64,000 bases of DNA from NCBI GenBank assembly GCA_016210045.1, contig JACQUX010000019.1, positions 4,102-68,101 on the forward strand, given 5' to 3'. Shown one piece after another: positions 36,917 through 46,168 of this stretch. A model generated the notes under the pieces. The model did no database searches and was not told the DNA's origin. It was given only the letters and a program-made list of their open reading frames with translations. A program made the position numbers and the translations under genes. Position 1 is the first letter of the stretch; every line of letters starts with the position of its first letter. The DNA comes from Deltaproteobacteria bacterium (lineage in GTDB: Bacteria > UBA10199 > GCA-002796325 > JACPFF01).

Positions 36917-37621
36917 ATGTTCTGGAAAAACATCCGTCCCCTCTGTTCGCTGCTGGTCGCCTGCTGCTGGATCGGCACCGCCGCGAGCCAAGAACCCCCT
37001 CCCCTGTCATTGGAAGACACCGCCGCTGCGCTGCAACGGCAACTTCTCGGCGCGAATGCCGCGACCGAGGCCATCCCGCTTCGACTGCGGGCCACGTTTG
37101 CGTTGCCAACAGTTCCCGCGTTCCCTGCGCTGCGGGTCAGCGGTCGTGGGACAATCCCGTACCAACTGCAAGCGGATCAGATTCTGCTTCGCAATTCCGA
37201 CTTGCCCCGATTACGTGGCACGCTCCAAGGTCCGGATATCCCCGGGGGACCTTATAAGCTCAGCTTCAACGGGCATGCCGGCAGCCGGAGCACGATCACT
37301 TGGGACCCGGATGCCATTGCGATCACACTGCACGGCTTGCAACTCGACGCCAAGGTCTTTGCCGCCAACGGCACCGCACCACTGCTCCGTTTCGCCCTCC
37401 CCCCGATCCGTCTCACGACGGGGACGATTCAAATCGCCTCCGCCGCAGGCGGACCCGCCTCTGGCGGGGGCAAACCCGTGACCGGCATCCTCCAATTAAA
37501 AGAGCGCCGCGCCACCCTCGTTGGCACATTTCGTATGCCCAAAACCGGCCTCCCCCCACTCGACGCCAAACTCCACGGCCAAACCGTCCTGCTCACCTTG
37601 CAAGGGCAAGTGGTGGAATAA
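36917..37621 (+). CDS. Hypothetical secreted protein
   Basis: Signal peptide (MFWKNIRPLCSLLVACCWIGTAASQ); no family recognised. Confidence 0.45.
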   Translation: MFWKNIRPLCSLLVACCWIGTAASQEPPPLSLEDTAAALQRQLLGANAATEAIPLRLRATFALPTVPAFPALRVSGRGTIPYQLQADQILLRNSDLPRLRGTLQGPDIPGGPYKLSFNGHAGSRSTITWDPDAIAITLHGLQLDAKVFAANGTAPLLRFALPPIRLTTGTIQIASAAGGPASGGGKPVTGILQLKERRATLVGTFRMPKTGLPPLDAKLHGQTVLLTLQGQVVE

Positions 37622-37630
37622 AAATCCCCC

Positions 37631-37664
37631 TCCCGCCTTGACTTTCTCCGCCCCCCTCCCATAT
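37631..37664 (+). promoter_or_regulatory. Sigma-32 (RpoH)-type heat-shock promoter candidate upstream of dnaK
   Basis: CCTTGAC (-35-like, compare CCCTTGAA) - 15 nt - TCCCATAT (-10-like, compare CCCCATNT), about 115 nt upstream of the dnaK ATG. Confidence 0.5.
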
Positions 37665-37780
37665 GAGGCGGCGATTCTTTGCGGGGGCTCACGTCGCCCC
37701 CTCCAGTGGCAAAGCCACTGGAGCCACCCCCTCAACGCCGCTGTGCGGCTGTGCGACAACGCGACACATTAGGAGAACAC

Positions 37781-39691
37781 ATGGGAAAAATCATTGGCAT
37801 CGACTTGGGTACGACGAATTCGGTGGTCGCCATTATGGAAGGTGGGCAACCGAAGATCATTCAAAACGAAGAGGGGGCGCGGTTAACGCCTTCCGTGGTG
37901 GCGTTTACGGACCAAGGCGAAATCCTGGCCGGACAGACCGCGAAGCGCCAAGCCATCATCAATCCGCATCGCACCGTCTATTCGATCAAACGCTTCATGG
38001 GTCGGCGGCGCAGTGAAGTACCCGACGAGATCAAGATGGTCCCCTATGAAGTCGCGGAGCGCGAAAACGGCGACGCCGGCGTGAAGATCGACAACAAAGT
38101 CCATACGCCGCCGGAAATTTCGGCCCACGTCTTGCGTAAATTGAAAAAGGCCGCGGAGGATTATTTAGGCGAAGCCGTTACCGACGCGGTGATTACCGTG
38201 CCGGCGTATTTCAACGACAGCCAACGCCAGGCCACGAAAGACGCGGGCCAGATCGCCGGGTTGACGGTGCGCCGCATCATTAACGAACCGACCGCGGCCG
38301 CGTTGGCCTACGGGCTGGACAAGAAGAAAGATGAAACCATTGTCGTCTACGACTTCGGCGGCGGGACGTTCGACATCTCGGTGTTGGAAGTCGGCGAGAA
38401 TGTCGTCGAAGTGATCGCCACTAACGGCGACACCCATTTGGGCGGCGACAACATCGATCAACGGCTGATCGATTACATCATGACGGAGTTCAAAAAAGAT
38501 CAAGGCATCGATCTGGGCGCCGACAGTCGCGCGTTGCAGCGGTTGAAAGAAGCCGCCGAAAAAGCGAAGTGTGAACTCTCTTCGCTGATGGAAACTGAGA
38601 TCAATCTCCCATTCATCACGGCCGATCAAACCGGCCCGAAGCACTTAGTGATGAAACTCTCTCGCGCGAAATTCGAATCGCTGGTGATGGACATCTTCGA
38701 ACGCACGTTGGAGCCGTGTAAACGCTGCCTCGCGGATGCGAACAAGAAGCCGGCCGACATCGACGAAGTCATTCTGGTCGGTGGCTCGATCCGCATTCCG
38801 AAGGTCCAAGAACTGGTGCGCAACTTTTTCGGCCGCGATCCGCATAAAGGCGTCAATCCGGACGAAGTCGTTGCGGCAGGCGCCGCAGTACAAGGCGGCG
38901 TGTTGGCCGGCGAAGTGAAAGATATGTTGCTGCTCGATGTCACGCCGCTGTCATTGGGGATCGAGACGCTGGGCGGCGTAATGACGCGCCTGATCGAACG
39001 CAACACCACGATTCCAACCCGCAAGTCGCAAGTCTTTTCGACGGCGGCGGACGGCCAGACCAGTGTCGAAATTCACGTGATGCAAGGCGAACGCGAAATG
39101 GCCGGCGACAATCGGTCGTTAGGGCGCTTCATCCTCGACGGCATTCCCGGCGCGCCGCGTGGCGTACCACAAGTGGAGGTCACGTTCGACCTCGACGCCA
39201 ACGGCATCTTGAACGTCGGCGCGCTCGATAAGGCGACGAACAAGAAACAACACATCACCATCACTTCGTCCGGCGGACTCAAGAAAGACGAAGTCGAACA
39301 AGCGGTGCGCGATGCGAAGCAGCACGAGAGCGACGACAAGAAGCGGCGCGAAGAAATTGAATTGCGCAATCAGGCCGATGCGTTGGTCTATGGGACCGAG
39401 CGGACGGTGAAAGAAAATCGCGATAAATTGCCCGCGGAAGACGTGCAGCCGGTCGATGCCGCGCTGGAGGCCTGCAAGAAAGCGATCGAATCGAAAGATA
39501 CGGCCGCGATCAAGACCACGATGGAGCAATTGCAGCAGACGTCGCATCGCATGGCCGAGGCGTTGTATCGGGCCAGCGCGGCCAAAGAGGCCAAGACCGC
39601 CGGCAACGGCGAAGCGAAAACCGGCACCGACGACAGCGCAGCCCCCCGCGATGAAAAAGTCGTCGACGCAGAATTCGAAGAGGTCAAGTAG
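37781..39691 (+). CDS. dnaK: Chaperone DnaK (Hsp70)
   Basis: [17 protein letters not shown] start preceded by AGGAG RBS; full Hsp70 ATPase and substrate-binding domains; 636 aa. Confidence 0.95.
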   Translation: MGKIIGIDLGTTNSVVAIMEGGQPKIIQNEEGARLTPSVVAFTDQGEILAGQTAKRQAIINPHRTVYSIKRFMGRRRSEVPDEIKMVPYEVAERENGDAGVKIDNKVHTPPEISAHVLRKLKKAAEDYLGEAVTDAVITVPAYFNDSQRQATKDAGQIAGLTVRRIINEPTAAALAYGLDKKKDETIVVYDFGGGTFDISVLEVGENVVEVIATNGDTHLGGDNIDQRLIDYIMTEFKKDQGIDLGADSRALQRLKEAAEKAKCELSSLMETEINLPFITADQTGPKHLVMKLSRAKFESLVMDIFERTLEPCKRCLADANKKPADIDEVILVGGSIRIPKVQELVRNFFGRDPHKGVNPDEVVAAGAAVQGGVLAGEVKDMLLLDVTPLSLGIETLGGVMTRLIERNTTIPTRKSQVFSTAADGQTSVEIHVMQGEREMAGDNRSLGRFILDGIPGAPRGVPQVEVTFDLDANGILNVGALDKATNKKQHITITSSGGLKKDEVEQAVRDAKQHESDDKKRREEIELRNQADALVYGTERTVKENRDKLPAEDVQPVDAALEACKKAIESKDTAAIKTTMEQLQQTSHRMAEALYRASAAKEAKTAGNGEAKTGTDDSAAPRDEKVVDAEFEEVK

Positions 39692-39698
39692 CGACAGC

Positions 39699-40298
39699 TC
39701 AAGTAGCGAGCGCGACGTCGATCAAGCCGCAGAGAGTAGTGAAGACGGCCAGCGTGGCCACGAGTTGCTCGTGGCCACTTTGGTGTGTGGTGGTCAATTC
39801 GGCAAAGACGCCACGCCGATCCACTTCAATTTGCAAATGCGCGTTCGCCAACGGACGCAGCCGTTCCCGGAAATACGGCTGTAACACTCGTCGTGCGAGG
39901 CTATCATCGGTCGTTGCCACCGTGACGGCCCGATCGAAAGTGGAATCACCGGTCAAATGAATCTCGGCCCCATACCATTCGCGCATTCTCCCCGGCCGCT
40001 GATCGCATTGTAGCAATAACCGGCCCGACCAATCGTCATGCAGTTCCGTATGCAGCTTCCACGTCGTGGTCTCCGCCGTCGGTTCGCAGGTCAGATGAAT
40101 CGCATAGCCGCAATGGCGTCCGTCCAACGCCGGCGACGGGAAACCGTGTACCCGCGCGACTTCCAGCGGCAGCTGAGGTTTCATCAGCGCCAGCGTCTCT
40201 TGACACGTCCGCGCGCGCCGGCGCACGCGCCGGCTCCCCCACGCCACCGCGCACGCGACCAGCACGAAGCAAGCCCCGATCCATGACCACTGCATCAT
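39699..40298 (-). CDS. Hypothetical membrane-anchored protein
   Basis: N-terminal TM helix; 4-nt overlap with upstream rsmI; no family. Confidence 0.45.
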   Translation of the reverse strand: MMQWSWIGACFVLVACAVAWGSRRVRRRARTCQETLALMKPQLPLEVARVHGFPSPALDGRHCGYAIHLTCEPTAETTTWKLHTELHDDWSGRLLLQCDQRPGRMREWYGAEIHLTGDSTFDRAVTVATTDDSLARRVLQPYFRERLRPLANAHLQIEVDRRGVFAELTTTHQSGHEQLVATLAVFTTLCGLIDVALAT

Positions 40299-40984
40299 CG
40301 CTTGTGCTCCGGTGCGCCCGCGACCAACACGACGATCTCACCACGCGGCGGCGCAGCCTGTGCCGCACTGAGTAACTCCGCCAGTGTGGCGCAGCGGATG
40401 GTTTCGTACTGCTTCGTTAATTCTCGGGCCAACGCGGCCGGCCGATCGCCGAAACACGCGAGCATTTCTTGCAAGTAACGCGCGACGTCCCATTTCGCGA
40501 CGTAAAAGACCAACGTATGCGGTATGGCCGTCAGCTGTTCCAAATAGGTGCGGCGCCGTCCCATTTTTTCCGGCAGGAAGCCAACGAACGTAAACGCATG
40601 CGTCGGCAATCCGGCGGCGCTCAACGCCGTGATCGCCGCGCAAGGCCCAGGGATCGGAACAACGGGGATCGACGCCTCGCGCGCGGCTTGAGCGACCTGC
40701 AAGCCGGGATCCGCGATCGCGGGCGTGCCGGCGTCGGAGACCAATGCCACTGATTCCCCGCGCTGCAACAATTGCAGCAAGCCTGCGGTCGATGCGCGTT
40801 CGTTATGCCCGTGACAACTGATCACGCGCGTGTGGATCTCGAGATGCGTCAGCAGTTTGCGCGTGTGCCGTGTATCTTCCGCGGCGATCCAATCAACCTC
40901 TCGCAGCACCCGCACCGCACGCGCAGTGATGTCCTCTAAATTGCCGATCGGAGTGGCGACGATGTACAGCGTGCCGACAGACAT
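40295..40984 (-). CDS. rsmI: 16S rRNA (cytidine1402-2'-O)-methyltransferase
   Basis: MSVGTLYIVATPIGNLEDIT tetrapyrrole-methylase-type N-terminus typical of RsmI. Confidence 0.85.
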   Translation of the reverse strand: MSVGTLYIVATPIGNLEDITARAVRVLREVDWIAAEDTRHTRKLLTHLEIHTRVISCHGHNERASTAGLLQLLQRGESVALVSDAGTPAIADPGLQVAQAAREASIPVVPIPGPCAAITALSAAGLPTHAFTFVGFLPEKMGRRRTYLEQLTAIPHTLVFYVAKWDVARYLQEMLACFGDRPAALARELTKQYETIRCATLAELLSAAQAAPPRGEIVVLVAGAPEHKR

Positions 40985-40992
40985 ACACTCCC

Positions 40993-42642
40993 TTAGGCCG
41001 GGAAGAATTTATTGACGATCGAAAAACGGCGCCCCATCCCGAAGGCCTTGGCCGTCACCTTGATGCCAAGCGGGGCCTGTTGCCGTTTATACTCATTGCG
41101 ATGTACGCGCCGCACGACATCGTCCACCATCTGCCGATCCAGCCCTTGGGCGACGATCTCCTCGATCCCTTGCTGCCGCTCGATATACAATTTCAAGATC
41201 CGGTCGAGAATCGGGTACGCCGGCAACGAATCGGCATCGACTTGATTCGGTCGCAACTCCGCGGATGGCGGGCGTTGCAGCGTGTGTTCCGGGATGACGA
41301 CCCGGTCACGATTGATGAAATGCGCTAGTTCATAGACTTGCGTCTTCGGAACATCCGAGAGCATCGCCATCCCACCGGTCATATCGCCGTACAAGGTACA
41401 ATACCCGACCGCCAATTCCGATTTGTTCCCGGTTGACAGCAGCAACGCGCCGCGCCGGTTGGAAAGCGTCATCAGAATGGTCCCGCGAATTCGTGCTTGT
41501 AAATTCTCTTCAGCCAGATCGGGCGCTTCCAACGGCTGTCCGCTGCCGACCTGTTCGCGAAAGGCCGCGTACGCCTCGCCGATCGGGATGACTTCAAACT
41601 GGATCCCGAGTGTATGCGCTAACAACTCTGCGTCAGTGACGCTTTCCGGGCGCGTAAACGGCGATGGCATCGCGACGGCCATGACTTGCTCCGGACCCAA
41701 CGCCTCTGCGGCGATACAGGCAACGACCGCGGAATCGATGCCGCCGGAGAGGCCGAGGATCGCCTTCGTGAATCCGCATTTGTGGAAGTAGTCCCGCACG
41801 CCGAGACTGAGCGCATGAAACACTTGTTCGATCGGCGGCGGATCGAGCAGTGCCGTGGCGGGACCGCGTAACTCCGTGTCACTGAGGAGGACACGCGCTT
41901 CGGCAAAGCGCGGGCCTTGCCACACGACATCGCCATCGGCGTTCAGCGCCATGCTGTGACCGTCAAAAACCAACTCGCCGTTGCCGCCGACCAGGTTCAC
42001 GTAGAGAATCGGATAGCCATAGGCCTTTGCGGCGCGACGCAGCAGCTCGCGGCGCAGATCGACTTTCCCCACCGAGAATGGCGAGGCGGAAATATTGATC
42101 ACGAGTTCTGCGCCGCCTTCGTAGAGTTGGCGCATCGGATCGACCGCATAGAGTCGGCGCCCATTGCTCGGTTCATACAGCGCCCAGCAATCCTCACAAA
42201 TGGAGAGGCCGATCCGCTTACCGCGATACGCCACGACTTGGTGTGTCTGCGCCGGGGCAAAATGGCGTCCTTCATCGAAGACATCATAGGTGGGCAACAA
42301 CGTCTTGGCTTGACTCAGCACGAACTGACCGTTGTCCAGCAACGCCGCGCTGTTGTGTAACGCGCGGCCGCCGGCAGCGGGATTGCGGGCGACGTAGCCC
42401 ACGACGACACCGATCCCTTGCGCCGCAGCGCGGATCTGATCCAGTGCGGCGAGATTGGCAGCGATGAAATCGGGCAACTCCAGCAAGTCACGCGGCGGAT
42501 AGCCGGTCGTCGCCAGTTCTGGAAAAATGATCAGATCGGCGCCTTGCGCACGTCCCCACGCAATATGCTCGCAGATCCGCTGCGTATTGCCGGCGAAGTC
42601 ACCGATGGTGAGATTGAGTTGGGCAATCGCGTAGCGCATCAT
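40993..42642 (-). CDS. nadE: Glutamine-dependent NAD+ synthetase
   Basis: N-terminal CN-hydrolase domain plus C-terminal NAD synthetase domain (SGGIDS P-loop); 549 aa. Confidence 0.9.
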   Translation of the reverse strand: MMRYAIAQLNLTIGDFAGNTQRICEHIAWGRAQGADLIIFPELATTGYPPRDLLELPDFIAANLAALDQIRAAAQGIGVVVGYVARNPAAGGRALHNSAALLDNGQFVLSQAKTLLPTYDVFDEGRHFAPAQTHQVVAYRGKRIGLSICEDCWALYEPSNGRRLYAVDPMRQLYEGGAELVINISASPFSVGKVDLRRELLRRAAKAYGYPILYVNLVGGNGELVFDGHSMALNADGDVVWQGPRFAEARVLLSDTELRGPATALLDPPPIEQVFHALSLGVRDYFHKCGFTKAILGLSGGIDSAVVACIAAEALGPEQVMAVAMPSPFTRPESVTDAELLAHTLGIQFEVIPIGEAYAAFREQVGSGQPLEAPDLAEENLQARIRGTILMTLSNRRGALLLSTGNKSELAVGYCTLYGDMTGGMAMLSDVPKTQVYELAHFINRDRVVIPEHTLQRPPSAELRPNQVDADSLPAYPILDRILKLYIERQQGIEEIVAQGLDRQMVDDVVRRVHRNEYKRQQAPLGIKVTAKAFGMGRRFSIVNKFFPA

Positions 42643-42655
42643 GCCGCCGATCGAG

Positions 42656-42979
42656 TTATGCGAGCAACTGCCCGAGTTTCAACGCCGCGCCCATATCGCC
42701 TTTCACTTTCAATTTGCCGGTCAAGAAGGCCTGTTGCGCGTTCAACTGTCCGTTGATCATCGCTTCAAAATCGGTGGCAGTCATTAGCAGTGTCACTTTC
42801 GGCGTCGCCACACTCCCGCCTTGGACCTTTCCCTCGCTCGTCGTGAGGTCGAGCGTCCATTGGCCGCCGCCCTCCCCGCTCAAATCGAAAACGACTAACC
42901 CGTTAATAGATTGTTGCACTGCCGGCTTCGCCTGCACCCGCTGCGGAATGACCTGCTCGATGATCTGTTGTGCACCCAT
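42656..42979 (-). CDS. SCP-2 sterol-carrier-like domain protein
   Basis: FLTGKLKVKGDMGAALKLGQLL C-terminal SCP2 signature. Confidence 0.7.
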   Translation of the reverse strand: MGAQQIIEQVIPQRVQAKPAVQQSINGLVVFDLSGEGGGQWTLDLTTSEGKVQGGSVATPKVTLLMTATDFEAMINGQLNAQQAFLTGKLKVKGDMGAALKLGQLLA

Positions 42980-43018
42980 GATGCTCTCCTTTCGGTTGAA
43001 CAGTAACGGTTACGATAT

Positions 43019-43333
43019 CTATATACGGCGCGGACTCAGGAGTGGGAGGACGACCCGGCGACCGTGCAACACCCCCCACAACGCAGAGCTCCATGCGAGT
43101 CCGAGGGCGATTGCAAATAACGGTTGCAAATCGTGTAACAGTCGCGACGCCCAGACACTCCATAATCCCGCCACGGCTTCACTGACGCCTAATCCACACA
43201 GTCCGACGCAGTAGACGCAGCCCACTCGGGCGGCCTGTCGGGCATGAAACCGCAGTTCCCGATCCCAACTCCAACAAAACGGCACCGCACTCAGCGGTGC
43301 CAGTAGGTAGCAGAACAGCGCGCGACGCCGCAT
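43019..43333 (-). CDS. DUF4870-like small membrane protein (paralog 1)
   Basis: FHARQAARVG motif and hydrophobic helices, similar to the downstream paralog. Confidence 0.5.
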   Translation of the reverse strand: MRRRALFCYLLAPLSAVPFCWSWDRELRFHARQAARVGCVYCVGLCGLGVSEAVAGLWSVWASRLLHDLQPLFAIALGLAWSSALWGVLHGRRVVLPLLSPRRI

Positions 43334-43335
43334 CG

Positions 43336-43737
43336 TCAGGTCCCTTCCGAATGCGCCTGTTTGGCCGCATATTCGCCGATAAACGGGATCTTCCAGGTCT
43401 CGAATTGATACGCCTTGATCAAGCAAATGATCCAGATCGAGAGAATGCTCAAGCCCACCACTCCGCGCACGAAATCAAAAAATGTCCCAAAAATCCCGAC
43501 CACGCGTCCGGCCAGTTCGCCGATAAACCACAGGCCCATCATGACGACCCAGGCCACGCCGCCCAGCAAGATACTCTGCCAGGCATGAAAGCGCACCACC
43601 GGTTCCTGCTTTTCGATCACGACAAACACGATCCCGGCGACGGGAAAGCCGCAACTCAGAAACATCAGCAGATAGCATAGCAGGCTCGCGATATTCGGAG
43701 CGAGACCGCTAGAGCCGGGCATTGGCTTCTCGGACAT
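43336..43737 (-). CDS. DUF4870-like small membrane protein (paralog 2)
   Basis: LLCYLL...RFHAWQSILLG motif; 3 TM helices. Confidence 0.55.
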   Translation of the reverse strand: MSEKPMPGSSGLAPNIASLLCYLLMFLSCGFPVAGIVFVVIEKQEPVVRFHAWQSILLGGVAWVVMMGLWFIGELAGRVVGIFGTFFDFVRGVVGLSILSIWIICLIKAYQFETWKIPFIGEYAAKQAHSEGT

Positions 43738-45550
43738 AGGCAGCTCCCTGGGAGGCGTCGGTGGCATACATCGATTCAAAGAGGTCGCGGTAGCGTTCGT
43801 ACGCGACCTTACGGCGAATCTTCAGTGTCGGCGTCAGCTCGCCGTGCTCGATGGCAAAATCACGCGGCAAGATGCGAAACTTTTTGACCTGTTCGAACGA
43901 CGCGCGATCGCGATTCACCGCATCGACCGTGACTTGCACTAAGGCCACGATGCGGGGCTCGCCGGTCAGCGCTTCCCAATCCGCATAGGGGATTTTGATC
44001 CGCTGCGCATACGCCTCGACGGCCGGTCGGTCGAGCGTTACGAGCGCAGTCACGAAATTGCGTCGATCGCCATACAACAACGCATCGCTGATATACGGCG
44101 ACGTCTTGAGTTGGTTTTCAATCGGTTGCGGCGCGACATATTTTCCCGCGGACGTTTTGAGCAAATCTTTCTTACGATCCGTGATCCGCAAGAATCCATC
44201 GCGGGAAAATTCGCCGATGTCACCGGTATGGAACCAACCATCCGGTTCCAACACCGCCGCCGTCTCTTCCGGCCGCTGAAAATAGCCGCGAAACACCGTG
44301 GGACCGCGCACCAGAATTTCACCATCGTCGGCCATCCGCACGTGCACCTGCGGCAACGGCTTCCCAACCGTGCCGAAGCGATAATCATCGAGATGATTCA
44401 ACGTGACGGCCGCCGCCGTTTCGGTCAATCCATAGCCTTCCAGGATCAAGATCCCGAGACTTTCAAAAAAACGCGCGACCTCCGCCGCGAGCGGCGCCCC
44501 GCCCGATACGGCGGCGATCAAATTGCCACCCAGCCGCGCCTTCACCGGCCGCGTGATCAGTCGCGCCAACGGCAATCGGCAACGCAGGCCGAGCGTTAAA
44601 TGTCCGCCGCGTGCCCCGGCCCGCGCCGCTGCCTCGCCGACTTGCATCGCCCAATGAAAGAGGCGTTGTTTCCAGGCCGGCGCGGCGGCCAGGGTATTGA
44701 GGATGCGCGCCTGGACTTTTTCATAAATGCGCGGCACCGCGGCGAAGAAGTGCGGGCGGGTCTCTTGGAGGTTCTCGCCGATTTTCTCCAGACTCTCCGC
44801 GTAACTGGCAACATGCGCCGAGGCAATTTGAAAAAATTGCATCGCGCGCGCGACAATATGCGCCAACGGCAGAAACATCAGGCATTCCGAATGCGGCGGA
44901 AAACAAAATACGTCGTGGAGTCCGGCCACTTCGACAGTAAAGTTTTCGAACGTCAGTTCGACCCCTTTCGGTGTCCCGGTCGTTCCGGAGGTGTACACCA
45001 GCGACGCCAGATCCGCCGCCCCGCGCGCGCGCCAGCATTGCTCGTAAACGGATTGGTCCCCCGATGACAGCGCACCGCGCTCGATGATCGTCGAGAGCGT
45101 TGTGACGGGGATCGGCGATGCGATCGCCGCCGCATCCATTTCAGCAAAGACGATGAGCTGTTCCAACGCAGGGCATTCGCGGTGCAACAGCTCGATCACG
45201 GCGAGTTCGGGCAATCGTTCGACAAAGAGAAAACGACACGCCGGCTCCTGCACGATAAAGAGCGCCTGCGTCGGCGGCAACGTCTGGTAGATCGGGACCA
45301 CCACGCCGCCTGCGGCCAAACTCGCCAGATCGGCTAAACTCCACTCATAGCGAGTACTGCTCCAGATCGCGACACGATCGCCGACGTCGAGTCCGCGTTG
45401 CCGCAGCCAGGTCGCGAGCGCGGCCACGCGCCGGCCGACTTGTTCCCAAGTTAGCGTCTTCCACCCCACGCCGGACGCCTTAAAGCGCCAGCAGGGTTGC
45501 GACGCGAAATGCACAACATTTTCGTGGAATTGAGCGAGAAAAGTCCCCAT
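43709..45550 (-). CDS. Long-chain-fatty-acid--CoA ligase (AMP-dependent synthetase)
   Basis: AMP-binding motifs (YTSGTTGTPKGV, TGD); 613 aa. Confidence 0.85.
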   Translation of the reverse strand: MGTFLAQFHENVVHFASQPCWRFKASGVGWKTLTWEQVGRRVAALATWLRQRGLDVGDRVAIWSSTRYEWSLADLASLAAGGVVVPIYQTLPPTQALFIVQEPACRFLFVERLPELAVIELLHRECPALEQLIVFAEMDAAAIASPIPVTTLSTIIERGALSSGDQSVYEQCWRARGAADLASLVYTSGTTGTPKGVELTFENFTVEVAGLHDVFCFPPHSECLMFLPLAHIVARAMQFFQIASAHVASYAESLEKIGENLQETRPHFFAAVPRIYEKVQARILNTLAAAPAWKQRLFHWAMQVGEAAARAGARGGHLTLGLRCRLPLARLITRPVKARLGGNLIAAVSGGAPLAAEVARFFESLGILILEGYGLTETAAAVTLNHLDDYRFGTVGKPLPQVHVRMADDGEILVRGPTVFRGYFQRPEETAAVLEPDGWFHTGDIGEFSRDGFLRITDRKKDLLKTSAGKYVAPQPIENQLKTSPYISDALLYGDRRNFVTALVTLDRPAVEAYAQRIKIPYADWEALTGEPRIVALVQVTVDAVNRDRASFEQVKKFRILPRDFAIEHGELTPTLKIRRKVAYERYRDLFESMYATDASQGAAYVREANARL

Positions 45551-45583
45551 GCAACGGGGTGTAACGTGAGAGAGGGGTGTGGG

Positions 45584-46141
45584 TCAAGCCCGCTCGATGT
45601 AGTCGCCGGTCGAGGTATCGATTTTCACTTTTTCGCCGACTTGGATGAAATTCGGGACTTTCACGTTGAGTCCGGTTTCGAGCGTCGCCTGCTTGTACGA
45701 GGCGGCGGCGGTCGCAAAGCGCACCGTCGGCTCCGCCTCGGTGACGGTCAACGCGATGCTGGGCGGCAACACGACGCTCACCGGCCGCCCGTCATAAAAT
45801 TCCGCGACCACTTTCAAATTAGGGAGCAGATAGGATTTGCCGTCGCCGATCAGATCGGCGCCGAACGTGACTTGTTCGTAATTCTCGGTATGCATGAAAT
45901 GATAATGTTCTCCGTCGGCGTACAAGAATTCCATTTCGTGCTGTTCCAAAATCGCGCGCTCGACCTTTTCATCCGAGCCGAACCGCCGCTCTTCTTGATT
46001 GCCGGAGAGTAAATTGCGGAGCTGCGTCTGAATGATGCCCCGCTTATTGCCCGGCGTAATGTGCGTCACGTTCATCACGCGACAGAGTTTCTTGTCGAGC
46101 TCAAGAATCATCCCGACACGGATCTGCGTGGCTGCGATCAT
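45584..46141 (-). CDS. efp: Elongation factor P
   Basis: 185 aa; KPGKG-equivalent loop (ITPGNKRGIIQT); canonical EF-P. Confidence 0.9.
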   Translation of the reverse strand: MIAATQIRVGMILELDKKLCRVMNVTHITPGNKRGIIQTQLRNLLSGNQEERRFGSDEKVERAILEQHEMEFLYADGEHYHFMHTENYEQVTFGADLIGDGKSYLLPNLKVVAEFYDGRPVSVVLPPSIALTVTEAEPTVRFATAAASYKQATLETGLNVKVPNFIQVGEKVKIDTSTGDYIERA

Positions 46142-46168
46142 GCGATTTTCCCCACACTCTATGGCTGA

